64,000 nucleotides of DNA from a virus, in the IMG/VR virus record IMGVR_UViG_3300034418_007766, positions 1 to 64,000 of that record, one strand, 5' to 3'. Positions 1 through 9,329 of this stretch are shown in pieces. A program made the position numbers and the translations under genes. The notes under the pieces were generated by a model. The model did not search any database, had not been told where the DNA came from, and was given only the letters and a program-made list of their open reading frames with translations. Numbering within the stretch: the first letter of the stretch is position 1; every line of letters begins with the position of its first letter.

Positions 1-585
1 TAGTTTGGGAGAACAGCTAAAAGTGAGCTGAATTCTTTCGTGACCGTTGAGATAGTTGTAGAAGTCATCGTGTAGATGCTGTGTAGTGTTGGTTTCGATT
101 GTGACATTTTTAAGATCCTGCATACCTGGGTGTTCAAATAGCTCGACATACAACCGTTGCCAAGCAAGTAGTGGCTCTCCGCCTGTGAGAATAAGATGAA
201 CGTCTTGTCCGTTATCCATAGTCCATTTGCCTTCTGGTAACAAACTAAGCAAGTGTTCTACAACTTCATCTACGCTTTTAAGCATATTGAAGTGTTTAAA
301 TTCTGGATAGATACTTGCATATGTATCGCAGCCAGTATGGACAATAGGCAGGTCATTAAACTCTTTTGTAGTTTCGTGAACACCATCATCCAACAGTTGC
401 TTTACCTCAGCATTGTAACGTTGACCTTTTGCGTGTTGCTCCCAACGACTGCCAACACTTTTATCAACGCCAAAGTTCATACAACGAAAGTTACAACCGA
501 AGGTGCGTAGGAATACACTTGGCACTCCTACAAATTTACCTTCGCCTTGAACACTATAAAAAGCTTCACTATATCTTAATTTCAT
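1..585 (-). CDS. queE: 7-carboxy-7-deazaguanine synthase QueE (radical SAM), truncated by window edge
   Basis: Not in ORF track; manual translation from ATG 585: [35 protein letters not shown]...GCDT...LTGGEPLL...IETNT...SPKL, all QueE hallmark motifs; ATGA overlap with folE stop. Confidence 0.92.
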   Translation of the reverse strand, partial: MKLRYSEAFYSVQGEGKFVGVPSVFLRTFGCNFRCMNFGVDKSVGSRWEQHAKGQRYNAEVKQLLDDGVHETTKEFNDLPIVHTGCDTYASIYPEFKHFNMLKSVDEVVEHLLSLLPEGKWTMDNGQDVHLILTGGEPLLAWQRLYVELFEHPGMQDLKNVTIETNTTQHLHDDFYNYLNGHERIQLTFSCSPKL

Positions 586-1286
586 CGCGGTGAGTATCCT
601 TGTTGTAATTTAATATTATCCATGAACTCTTTTTTAACAGCATCATCTGACTTGAAACAACCTTTTAGCACAGTTGTTTGTGTAAGACTGCTGTGTGCTT
701 GAATACCACGATTCTCGCAACAACCATGAGTAGCTTGGATATAAACAGCAACATCGTTGCTGCCAGTTGCTGCCATAATTTCCTTGGCAATATCCATAGC
801 AAGTTCTTCTTGTAGTGTTCCACGTCTAGCACACCATTGGGCAATACGTGTGTATTTGCTAAGTCCAATAAGTGTATCAGCAGCAATGATACCAATGTAT
901 GCTACACCTTTAACAGTTTGGTGATGATGTGAACACATGCTTGTAAGTTCACTGCGAACAACCAACATACCATCATATCGATCATCTGTATGATTAGGAA
1001 ATGCTGTAGCGTTGGGCATTGGATCATACCTTCCGCTCATCAATTCATTAATATACATTTTCGCAAGACGCTTTGCGGTGTCCATTGAATTAGGATCTGT
1101 ATCAGTATCAATTACAAGGCTGTTTAGCACGCCGTCAAATTTGATAGTAAGTTCGTTGATAAGCTCATCACGCTCACCTTCTTCGATATACTGGCTGATG
1201 TTATCACCGGCCCAATATCTGCCTCCGTTTTTTTCAATTCTGCTGCGAATTTTCTGTGAGGCATAAGTGTTTAAATCTGTTTCCAT
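582..1286 (-). CDS. folE: GTP cyclohydrolase I
   Basis: [20 protein letters not shown] and HGCCENRG motifs of FolE. Confidence 0.95.
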   Translation of the reverse strand: METDLNTYASQKIRSRIEKNGGRYWAGDNISQYIEEGERDELINELTIKFDGVLNSLVIDTDTDPNSMDTAKRLAKMYINELMSGRYDPMPNATAFPNHTDDRYDGMLVVRSELTSMCSHHHQTVKGVAYIGIIAADTLIGLSKYTRIAQWCARRGTLQEELAMDIAKEIMAATGSNDVAVYIQATHGCCENRGIQAHSSLTQTTVLKGCFKSDDAVKKEFMDNIKLQQGYSPR

Positions 1287-1324
1287 TTAATTCTCCGAGT
1301 TATAGACGAGGATGTCTATTGTTT

Positions 1325-1353
1325 ATAGTAACATTATTTAGATAAAAAGTCAA
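1325..1353 (-). promoter_or_regulatory. sigma70-like promoter upstream of folE-queE (spacer also contains TAAATA)
   Basis: Minus strand TTGACT-N17-TACTAT; GGAG RBS before folE ATG. Confidence 0.6.
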
Positions 1354-1556
1354 GAAAAATACTTATTAAGCATTTCGATACGATCTTCCGCTGCTGCCAT
1401 TTTATCCAATTCTTCTTGAATGGCCTCAACAATGTCGCTATGTTCACCAATACCTACTGATTGGTTCATGTATACCATGATATTTGTTTTAGCTCTTTCA
1501 AGCTCACCTTCGGCGTGCATTCTTGCAGCCTTAGCTAATTGTGCTGACATACTCAT
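1350..1556 (-). CDS. conserved small phage hypothetical protein
   Basis: 68 aa ORF with VGIGEHSDI motif reminiscent of T4-like marine phage proteins; AGGAG RBS. Confidence 0.7.
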   Translation of the reverse strand: MSMSAQLAKAARMHAEGELERAKTNIMVYMNQSVGIGEHSDIVEAIQEELDKMAAAEDRIEMLNKYFS

Positions 1557-1681
1557 TTGCTATTCTCCTTCTGTGTCTGTCTTGCTTCATATTGTGCTTT
1601 TTTCTCGAGGTATTGCTCCTCTGTCAAGTTGTGCCAACCTACGCATCTACCGGTTGGCGATCTGCCACAAGTGCAACTCAT
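1553..1681 (-). CDS. 42 aa CDGSH-like Cys/His mini-protein
   Basis: Manual translation MSCTCGRSPTGRCVGWHNLTEEQYLEKKAQYEARQTQKENSK; overlaps both neighbours; GGAG RBS. Confidence 0.65.
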   Translation of the reverse strand: MSCTCGRSPTGRCVGWHNLTEEQYLEKKAQYEARQTQKENSK

Positions 1682-1863
1682 TTTTCTCTCCACCTAACTA
1701 CTTTAGTAAATCTTTTATTCCAAATTTCAGCATGTTTTTCTGCTGCTTGTCTTGAATCAAATAACACAGGATGAATATGAAACATTGGTGCTTCTGTATC
1801 CTCAGTTACGTAAATCCAGTCATCAGCAGACAACATTAACTTTATAGCATACTTAGTCTTCAT
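1678..1863 (-). CDS. hypothetical protein
   Basis: 61 aa ORF overlapping neighbours in operon. Confidence 0.6.
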   Translation of the reverse strand: MKTKYAIKLMLSADDWIYVTEDTEAPMFHIHPVLFDSRQAAEKHAEIWNKRFTKVVRWREK

Positions 1864-2086
1864 TCAATATTCTCCACGTCATTTCTTTATCGTGTTCTTT
1901 GAGAAAGTCATCTTCGCCTGCGTAGGTTGAACACTTACGCAATTTTTCTTCTACATACCAAAGGATTTCGTAAAGCTCTTGCTTACATCCCCAAGTCACA
2001 AATCCATCCATACGAGGATCAGATTCTGCCCACGATATTTTACTTATCTCAGTTTTAATATCTTTAAGTGACCAGTCTTTAATCAT
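1853..2086 (-). CDS. hypothetical protein
   Basis: ORF track 1853..2122; likely start MIKDWS at 2086, overlapping the PRTase stop. Confidence 0.6.
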   Translation of the reverse strand: MIKDWSLKDIKTEISKISWAESDPRMDGFVTWGCKQELYEILWYVEEKLRKCSTYAGEDDFLKEHDKEMTWRILNED

Positions 2087-2642
2087 ATTCCCATGGAAAC
2101 ACCACCCAAGTGTCTTCTTCACTAGTATCTATTGTTTGGTAAACATAATCAACACCATCAAACTGTGTATGAGTTTTTTCACACATTACAGCAAATCTTA
2201 CATTTTTACCCCAAATGGTATCCCAGTTTGGATTGTCTGGTAAACAACCACTACGCCAATCTTTTTTGATCCATTCAAATGTAGCACCAGTGTCGTTGAT
2301 ATCGTCTACAATTAGTATTTTCTTTTTCTTATCAGGATCGCTGTAAGATTTATTCCAAACATCATCTCTATCAATCTCAGATACATAACCAAATGCATCT
2401 TCAGCCATCCAGCAGTTAGATTCTGGTCCTTCGTTGCCTTTGTTATCACGTAGTCTAACATCTAGTGCATAATGGTTGCAGTCAAGTAAGTGACTTAGCA
2501 CAACACTTACAGGCAATCCACCTCTGTTTAGACCCACAATATAGTCTGGTCTGAATCCAGTTTTATACATTTCTAATGCTAGTTTATGAGCGCACTTATG
2601 TACATCGTCCCAAGTGTAGTATTTTCTTTTTATTTTTTCCAT
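2079..2642 (-). CDS. purine phosphoribosyltransferase-like protein
   Basis: GLNRGGL, PRPP-binding ILIVDDINDTGAT and C-terminal WVVFPWE, typical of the xanthine-guanine PRT family. Confidence 0.88.
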   Translation of the reverse strand: MEKIKRKYYTWDDVHKCAHKLALEMYKTGFRPDYIVGLNRGGLPVSVVLSHLLDCNHYALDVRLRDNKGNEGPESNCWMAEDAFGYVSEIDRDDVWNKSYSDPDKKKKILIVDDINDTGATFEWIKKDWRSGCLPDNPNWDTIWGKNVRFAVMCEKTHTQFDGVDYVYQTIDTSEEDTWVVFPWEYD

Positions 2643-2851
2643 GAATCCATCTCTGTTTTAATTTCTGTAATCTTTTCGTTTGCTATACTAGCAGCCAATG
2701 ATTGAACTTGTTCTAGCAAGTGTTTACAGTGATCTTTGTCATATGTTTGATCTGCTAATTCACTAAATTCGTTTCTAACTCTATGAGCTTGAATACACAA
2801 ATCTTTCATTGCATTTATACGATCAATCCATTGTTCTATACTATGTTGCAA
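2630..2851 (-). CDS. hypothetical protein
   Basis: 73 aa helical ORF, GGAGG RBS. Confidence 0.6.
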   Translation of the reverse strand: MQHSIEQWIDRINAMKDLCIQAHRVRNEFSELADQTYDKDHCKHLLEQVQSLAASIANEKITEIKTEMDSWKK

Positions 2852-3899
2852 AATAGTCCTCCAAACTGCCTTTACGCTTAGTGTCTAATGTAGCACAATG
2901 GAACCCTCCGCTCATGCTACGTGCTTGACGCATTGGAAGGCCTATTGTATCAATACCATGTTTGCCTAGTATACGTCTAAGTGCTTCTTGCTTTTCATCA
3001 ACAATAACAAGTTCTGGATTAACACTCAAAAAGTTTAATCCAATATAAGGTGAGCACGGAGCAACACCTGTATTTGCTGGCGGAACGTGTAAATCTTCTT
3101 CGCCAACCCAAATCTTATCCCAATCCTTAAAGATAGGTGGATACCAATCTTCACTAAGTCGTCCTGCATTAAACAACACTAGTCCTGGACGCAACGGCAA
3201 TACAGTGCTGTCAAAGTGTGCAAAACTGTAATACTTTTCTGCTACGTGGATACGATAGCCTCTTGGCTCAAGTATAGTTTTCAGCCACTCAAAACCAAGT
3301 TGGTTGCCACTATTGCTAACTTGGCAGAGAAGATCCCTACCAAGACGAACGATATTAGGAGCATCAAAAATAATTTCTTTGTTAACAAGCGTTGCTTCAC
3401 TGCGGTCCTCCAGTTGATAATTATCATCAGTTAGAATAGGTTTAGGAGCATTGATCCATTGTGTGCCTTCTTTCATCCAGCCATATAAATGTTTATAATA
3501 TGCTCTAGTTTCGAAATATCTTGCCCGCATTGGACTAGGACATTCAATAATCATATTGTCCAATGGCAACAGCAAATCACGTGGACAAAATGTATACCAA
3601 CCTGTAGTAGTCCATTCAGGTGTGCTAAACTTTTGGTTATGATCGATAGGATCAGGACGCATTGTTTTTACACCCAATCCTTGCAAACACTTTTCTAGTC
3701 CATCTAAATCTTCGTTTGCTTCGTCAACAATCCATTGCGCTATAGGCTGCCCGTCAAAGTGTTTGATATCTTCATAATCTTCACCGCCATAGATAAAACT
3801 ATGTGTGCTTTTATTCATAGTGGGATGCACACAGTTTTCTGCTGTGCCGATAATAATTTCTTCTAATGGATCCCAATCGTTATTACTTTGAACTGGCAA
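2841..3899 (-). CDS. L-arginine amidinotransferase (glycine/inosamine-phosphate amidinotransferase family)
   Basis: NDWDPLEEIIIG, CPRD, FDAP, HFDST and GGFHCAT: Asp/His/Cys triad motifs of the AGAT/StrB1 family. Confidence 0.9.
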   Translation of the reverse strand: MPVQSNNDWDPLEEIIIGTAENCVHPTMNKSTHSFIYGGEDYEDIKHFDGQPIAQWIVDEANEDLDGLEKCLQGLGVKTMRPDPIDHNQKFSTPEWTTTGWYTFCPRDLLLPLDNMIIECPSPMRARYFETRAYYKHLYGWMKEGTQWINAPKPILTDDNYQLEDRSEATLVNKEIIFDAPNIVRLGRDLLCQVSNSGNQLGFEWLKTILEPRGYRIHVAEKYYSFAHFDSTVLPLRPGLVLFNAGRLSEDWYPPIFKDWDKIWVGEEDLHVPPANTGVAPCSPYIGLNFLSVNPELVIVDEKQEALRRILGKHGIDTIGLPMRQARSMSGGFHCATLDTKRKGSLEDYFAT

Positions 3900-4785
3900 A
3901 ATCTAATCCTTTTATATATTGCTTGTGAAAACTTAATCTATTTGTATTTCCGCCGCGATTGTATTGGTTATACATGTTTTTATCATCTATGCCAAACAAC
4001 ACTGTTCTACTTGGATTTACTCCTACAGTATTACAGAAATTAAGTTGTTTGTCAATATATTTTTGTGAAATGTAATCTGGGGTAAAGTTGTTGAAATATT
4101 TTAATCCTAAAGCAGCACCAATTTTGTTATTGTAGTTGATTTTATGATACACAAACATTGTATCGTCGTCGTCTACTCTTGTATAACGCATACCGATTCT
4201 AGCATATGCAACAGGAAAACTTTTACTCAAACTAAATGTGACGTCTGTAATGCATCTATATGCTAAATCAAAATTAATATCTCTACATGCTCCAAAGTAT
4301 GCACAATCAACCAATACAGGAATATTCATATCGCAACACTTGCGCATCAATTCGTGATATTCAGTGTGCTTATCTCCTGTGTCTGCAAAAGGTAAACTTA
4401 TTACCACTGCATCTGCTTTGTGTAATGGTTCGTCTTCAATGTAAGCCCAAACAAACTTGTCACGCCATGCTAGTTTGTGATACATGTATTCGCCTTTGAA
4501 ACAACGGAATCTACGCTTTGCATTTTTCATATAAAATTTATCAAATACTTCTGTAGTGCCATTACTAAAACAACGATACTTGAAATCTTCTAATCCAGTA
4601 AAACTATTACTTGTGGTGCTGCGTATCCATGCATCGTATTCATGCAGATATTCGTCAATAACACTATCGCTATTGACGCACTGTAAATCAAACGGCTCTC
4701 TTAGTATTTTTATTGCTGCTGGATCTTGTATGGCAAATGCACTGCCAAAATCCATACCACGTTTATCATTGGGTATATCTGTCAT
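3883..4785 (-). CDS. PLP-dependent fold-type I enzyme (aminotransferase class I/II-like)
   Basis: NGTTE, VLVDCAY and FSLSKSFPVAYARIG (PLP lysine motif); likely start MTDIP at 4785. Confidence 0.75.
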   Translation of the reverse strand: MTDIPNDKRGMDFGSAFAIQDPAAIKILREPFDLQCVNSDSVIDEYLHEYDAWIRSTTSNSFTGLEDFKYRCFSNGTTEVFDKFYMKNAKRRFRCFKGEYMYHKLAWRDKFVWAYIEDEPLHKADAVVISLPFADTGDKHTEYHELMRKCCDMNIPVLVDCAYFGACRDINFDLAYRCITDVTFSLSKSFPVAYARIGMRYTRVDDDDTMFVYHKINYNNKIGAALGLKYFNNFTPDYISQKYIDKQLNFCNTVGVNPSRTVLFGIDDKNMYNQYNRGGNTNRLSFHKQYIKGLDFASSK

Positions 4786-5380
4786 CTTCATCCAAGAAAG
4801 TAATTTGCGAAACAATACAATCACTTGGACCAAAATTAGCCATACCGTGCCATGTGTCACCTTTCCAAGTGTAAGTATCTCCAGCACTCCAATGAGTGTA
4901 TACTTCTTCACCTACTTGCAAAACTTGACCTCTATCCCAATCTTTCATCATTACAACAGTTCTACAAACATTATGTGCGTCATCTTCGCTGATTTGATTG
5001 TATTTTACAAATGTTGCATATGTATCAAAGTGCCACATTAAACTACAACCTGGTGTAAGTTTTAAAAAGTTGTAGTTAAAATGCATATGTGCATATGGTA
5101 TGATAAGACTGCTTAGTCCTTTTGTAAGTTCTGGTCTAATACACATGTAATGCAATGAACCTTCCTTAGGGACGCCCCATTGTTTATACATTGCTTCTAA
5201 TGCTTTTTTATTTTTTGTAGCAAACGTATCCCATGAACTATCTTCTGGAATCTCGTCTGTCATATAAGTTGCTTCCCAATTTAAGGTAAGCAAATCATTA
5301 TTACTCCAAGTGACATCATCTACTGCACTTTCTTCAGCACTGTGCGTTTGCCACTCCTCATAACTGCGCATGTCCATCAT
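4766..5380 (-). CDS. cupin/2OG-Fe(II)-type oxygenase-like protein
   Basis: HxD (WHFD) and distal His (WHGMAN) of a DSBH fold; paralog of 18733..19236. Confidence 0.65.
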   Translation of the reverse strand: MMDMRSYEEWQTHSAEESAVDDVTWSNNDLLTLNWEATYMTDEIPEDSSWDTFATKNKKALEAMYKQWGVPKEGSLHYMCIRPELTKGLSSLIIPYAHMHFNYNFLKLTPGCSLMWHFDTYATFVKYNQISEDDAHNVCRTVVMMKDWDRGQVLQVGEEVYTHWSAGDTYTWKGDTWHGMANFGPSDCIVSQITFLDEDDRYTQ

Positions 5381-6318
5381 GCTTCTCCTTTCAAGTGCGC
5401 CTCAATATATTGCCTATTTGGTATTTCATATGTGTTTACTATTTCTATTAGTTTATCTTTATCAGACTGCTCTAAGTTTATTATATCTAACTTTTTCGGA
5501 TATGTCAAGAGATTTGTTGTCCAATTTGCATAATTTTTTGTAAATTCTGCAAGTTCTGGCAATCCGTGCCAGTTATTTTTATGTATAGTTGTATGTATTG
5601 TGTAATCAAATGTGCTGTGTATTTCTTGTAGTGTTTTTAACACTCTACTCCACACACTGCCATTTCTAACTTTTTCGTTTAATGCGCCTACACCGTCTAT
5701 ACTCACAGTAAAATGAACACGCTTACATTCATTCAAAAGAATATAATCTTCTTCAACTAGTTTATGCATACCGTTTGTAAAATATTCTACTTCAAGATCT
5801 TCTAAGGTATCGAATGACTCTAAAAACCGTTTGTGTCTATTGGTCATTAGAGGTTCGCCGCCCAAGAATACAACTTTGTTTACAGTTGCAGGAATATTTG
5901 TAAATTCTTCTGTGCTGGTAATGCCTTGTTTTAGAGGTAAGTCTGGATTCTTTTTAGCCCACCACGAACTGCTCCATTCTTCCCAACAGCCATCACAGGT
6001 TAAATCACATATGTTGTCAAAGCCTACTTCTAGATACTTTAGTTCTACTTTCTCTGTGCTGTATTCTTCATTGAATTTTTGTCTTAAACTTTGTTTGCCC
6101 AATATTTCTTCGTGCATACACTTAGCACAATTTGGATCATTTATTGTCCAATTATCTCGTAGGGTTTTGTATTCGTTGCTGTGTAATATATTACCTATAT
6201 CACCATCAAACGTTTGTATAGGTTGCTTATAACGACAGCAGGGGTAGACACGATTGCCTCCCCTAACATTAGTGTGATTGTATAATGCTGCGCAATTAGA
6301 ATGGAAGTGGGTCATCAT
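5377..6318 (-). CDS. radical SAM protein with N-terminal Cys-rich (SPASM/twitch-like) region
   Basis: CDLTCDGC, GGEPL, TNG and SIDG motifs; N-terminal PCCR...CAKC. Confidence 0.88.
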   Translation of the reverse strand: MMTHFHSNCAALYNHTNVRGGNRVYPCCRYKQPIQTFDGDIGNILHSNEYKTLRDNWTINDPNCAKCMHEEILGKQSLRQKFNEEYSTEKVELKYLEVGFDNICDLTCDGCWEEWSSSWWAKKNPDLPLKQGITSTEEFTNIPATVNKVVFLGGEPLMTNRHKRFLESFDTLEDLEVEYFTNGMHKLVEEDYILLNECKRVHFTVSIDGVGALNEKVRNGSVWSRVLKTLQEIHSTFDYTIHTTIHKNNWHGLPELAEFTKNYANWTTNLLTYPKKLDIINLEQSDKDKLIEIVNTYEIPNRQYIEAHLKGEA

Positions 6319-6658
6319 CCTCTTGGCGTCCTACCCAGTCTTGGTGCACCATACTGTAAATAGTTTTAAAATTATCGTATGCCATTTTTAGTGCAGGATA
6401 ATCCATGCACATGTCTTCTACTTTTGCAACACTAGGCATTATATCTTCAAACTCTTTTGGATCAAAAGTATTTGTATCAATGGTTAAAGTGATATCTCCA
6501 TCTAATGAAATTAAATCATCAAATGCACTGGTATCTATAGTTGCTGTTGTAATATCTGAAATTGTAGATGAGTCTATCGAATAAACAAATCCACTTTCGT
6601 CTACATTATCAGTTGTAATTGTGTAAGTTTCGTCCGAGTTCCAATTTGAATTGGTCAT
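6296..6658 (-). CDS. hypothetical protein
   Basis: 120 aa, S/T/D-rich N-terminus, C-terminal MC..YPAL..AY motif; GAGGA RBS. Confidence 0.6.
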   Translation of the reverse strand: MTNSNWNSDETYTITTDNVDESGFVYSIDSSTISDITTATIDTSAFDDLISLDGDITLTIDTNTFDPKEFEDIMPSVAKVEDMCMDYPALKMAYDNFKTIYSMVHQDWVGRQEDDDPLPF

Positions 6659-7490
6659 AACACATATCCTCTATTGTTTTATTTAACTTTACATGTTTAC
6701 TTAGTTCGTCAACTACACTGCTGACAGCATCCCCTGCTCTACGTTCCGATTCTACAACATTAAGTTTTTTACCAGTAACTTCTTGCATGGTTTTAATAAC
6801 TTCTCTTACACTGTAACCAACGTTAGAACCTAAACATTCGTATGGTGTATTAGTAGGACCAGAATTGATGGCATTTACAATAGCATCTGCAAGATCTACT
6901 ACATGAATATAATCACGTATACAAGTGCCATCTCTTGTGTTGTAGTCTGTGCCATATATTTCAATCTTATCACGTTTACCAACAGCATGTTCTGCTGCAA
7001 CTCTAATAAGATGTGTAGGTTCTCCTAGTTGTCTATTGACACCATCTGTGCCACTTACATTGAAGAATCTAAATATTGTGTAACCTTCTGCTTTTTCTTT
7101 GATTACATCTTCAGCACATACTTTGCTACGTGCATATGGGCTTGCCATTTCAAATGCACTACTAGTTCCAGCAAATAACACATGCGGTGTTCTAATGCTT
7201 TCAATAACATTTTTAGTGCCCATAACATTTTTTTGGTAATATTGTGTAGGATAAAGCATACTAGGACCTACTAAACTAAGTCCTGCCAAATGAACACATG
7301 CATCAGCCCATCCATGTAAAAATTTATCCATAATATCTTGTTTCCAAAACTTATGGCAATATTGTTCTACATCATTGTGCTCGCCATGTATGTTTATATC
7401 TAACCCATGGACTTCGTGTCCGTATTCTGCTAGAGCTCTACATACATGACTACCAATGTAACCTGATGCACCTGTAACAATTACCTTCAA
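6609..7490 (-). CDS. galE: UDP-glucose 4-epimerase-like NAD-dependent epimerase
   Basis: VTGASGYIGSH, YARSK (YxxxK), RFFNV and DGTCIRDYIHVVDLA. Confidence 0.88.
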   Translation of the reverse strand: MKVIVTGASGYIGSHVCRALAEYGHEVHGLDINIHGEHNDVEQYCHKFWKQDIMDKFLHGWADACVHLAGLSLVGPSMLYPTQYYQKNVMGTKNVIESIRTPHVLFAGTSSAFEMASPYARSKVCAEDVIKEKAEGYTIFRFFNVSGTDGVNRQLGEPTHLIRVAAEHAVGKRDKIEIYGTDYNTRDGTCIRDYIHVVDLADAIVNAINSGPTNTPYECLGSNVGYSVREVIKTMQEVTGKKLNVVESERRAGDAVSSVVDELSKHVKLNKTIEDMCYDQFKLELGRNLHNYN

Positions 7491-8653
7491 TACTTGTTCT
7501 CCGAAACGTAGTCTCTGTAACGGTTTGTATCTCTACGCCATTGTTCACCATTACCTTGCATAATATCAATGTAACGTTCGATAGTTGCACTGGTCCAATC
7601 ACTGATTGCACCCATTTTTTCATGGGGTTTATCTAACAACAGCGTTAGTTTATCTTGTGCATCTTGTAAACTCCAAGGCACATACATTCTTGTATGATCG
7701 TTTGCAAAGATCTCTGGAAAACTTCTGTATGCTGGAAACAGCACGTTACATCCTAGTGCATCTGCTTCACTTACAGTATTACTAGTCCAGTCCTGTAATG
7801 CACAGTTAATCATAACCTTACTGTTATTAAGCATACTGTAATATTCATCTTTTTTAAGATTTTCGTAAATTGTTATCACACCATCTTTTTCTAAGTTTCT
7901 TGCCCTGTCAACGTATTTTTGATTATTACTACGCAAAGGCCCGCCTTGTAAAATAGCAAACTCAATATTATCTTCTGCATAGTTGCTTGCAAGATCCATA
8001 AAGAAATCTGGTTGTTTTTCTTGATCAAAACGTGCTGCAAACACAACTCTGTTTAAACGTTCATTCCAAGGAGTCAGATCTTCTCCACAACGTTCTTGCA
8101 CTTCTTGTTTATCAAATGCAAGTCCGCTGATGTTGTAGATAGGCGCTTTCCAATTTGCAATCTTCATATGTGCAACCATTTCTTCATTACTTGCTAAAAC
8201 ACCAGTAACAAACTCATTGCACATTTCTTCATACAAACTCATCCACTTGCTCATGCCCCAAACATGCACAAAGTCATCTGGGTCAATTGCTTGTGCCAAG
8301 CAGCGAATAAACACTTTAGGACGCTGTTTAGCAGGAATCTGATCCATAATATATGGCAACGATTCCATACCAGGCTGGAACATGTCTTCAAAGAAGATAA
8401 CATCTTCACCTGTAACTTCACCGTTACGCATCATTTGCACCAAGTTCATCATTTGCGACATTGCAAAGTAGGAACGGCCATGTGCATCTAGCACTTGGCC
8501 TATTTGGATTGCTTTTGTGTTATCGATTGTTGTTCCAGGAACATCTACCCAGTCAATGTTTCGTCGAGCAAATGCCCGACGAGACCATTCTGTAAGTTGT
8601 AGAGTATACCTGCCTTCATAGGGCTCCAAGCCCATGTAAAACAGTTTTCTCAT
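7487..8653 (-). CDS. GT-B glycosyltransferase (GT4-like)
   Basis: VVFAARFDQEKQP and donor-binding QDWTSNTVSEADALGC..P...SFPE (EX7E-like) motifs. Confidence 0.8.
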   Translation of the reverse strand: MRKLFYMGLEPYEGRYTLQLTEWSRRAFARRNIDWVDVPGTTIDNTKAIQIGQVLDAHGRSYFAMSQMMNLVQMMRNGEVTGEDVIFFEDMFQPGMESLPYIMDQIPAKQRPKVFIRCLAQAIDPDDFVHVWGMSKWMSLYEEMCNEFVTGVLASNEEMVAHMKIANWKAPIYNISGLAFDKQEVQERCGEDLTPWNERLNRVVFAARFDQEKQPDFFMDLASNYAEDNIEFAILQGGPLRSNNQKYVDRARNLEKDGVITIYENLKKDEYYSMLNNSKVMINCALQDWTSNTVSEADALGCNVLFPAYRSFPEIFANDHTRMYVPWSLQDAQDKLTLLLDKPHEKMGAISDWTSATIERYIDIMQGNGEQWRRDTNRYRDYVSENKY

Positions 8654-8847
8654 TTTTTACGACCTTTCGCACGTGACTTAGCACGTAGATAGTTTTGGTA
8701 TTTTAGATAAGACTGCCAATTCTTATCATCACGATTATACAAAGCCTTTTCATTAAAGACCTTGCCTTCAAAGCGGCAGTAATCTCGATATTCGTCGAGA
8801 TCATTAAAAACTTTTTGATATGCTGCACGATCAAATGCAATAGTCAT
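8650..8847 (-). CDS. hypothetical protein
   Basis: 65 aa ORF in operon. Confidence 0.6.
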   Translation of the reverse strand: MTIAFDRAAYQKVFNDLDEYRDYCRFEGKVFNEKALYNRDDKNWQSYLKYQNYLRAKSRAKGRKK

Positions 8848-8865
8848 TTACCTTAATCCTTTTTT

Positions 8866-9327
8866 CTATGGGTAAACAATTTGACAGCCATTTTCGCCAT
8901 CTTCGGCGACATCAATAACAACAAAGCGGCCGGGATACTTTGCGTTAATTTGTGTATACAAGTCGTCTGCAATCATTTCGCAAGACTTGTGATTTAGTTC
9001 AATAGTTTTATCGTCATACAAACTTTCGAGCCAACGTTTAAACTGAATAAATTCAATATCTCTATCGTTATGTGTTACTTGAATTTGCACTTTAAAATGA
9101 AAGATGTGTCTATGAGCCACACCTAAGAAACTTACATCATCCCAACCACCAGTTGCAAGTGCCGGGTCGTCTTTTGCCGCAGGATACAAATGGATACCTT
9201 CTTTACGAAATGTTACCCAAATACTACGTTTTGCATTTTCTAAACTATTTGTCAATTTTTTATCTTCCTGTCGCATTTTCCAAAGTATCCAATCATAATA
9301 GCGTTCTGGTTCTTTGTTGTTACTCAT
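8866..9327 (-). CDS. QueD-like T-fold protein (DpdL-like)
   Basis: LGVAHRHIF (LxxxHRHxF) instead of the QueD CxxxHGH, plus DRDIEF, SCEMIA and EDGENG. Confidence 0.7.
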   Translation of the reverse strand: MSNNKEPERYYDWILWKMRQEDKKLTNSLENAKRSIWVTFRKEGIHLYPAAKDDPALATGGWDDVSFLGVAHRHIFHFKVQIQVTHNDRDIEFIQFKRWLESLYDDKTIELNHKSCEMIADDLYTQINAKYPGRFVVIDVAEDGENGCQIVYP

Positions 9328-9329
9328 TA

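Noticed and set aside
8866-9327. Calling this gene canonical queD
   Set aside because: It lacks the CxxxHGH motif, so it was left as QueD/DpdL-like without a symbol.
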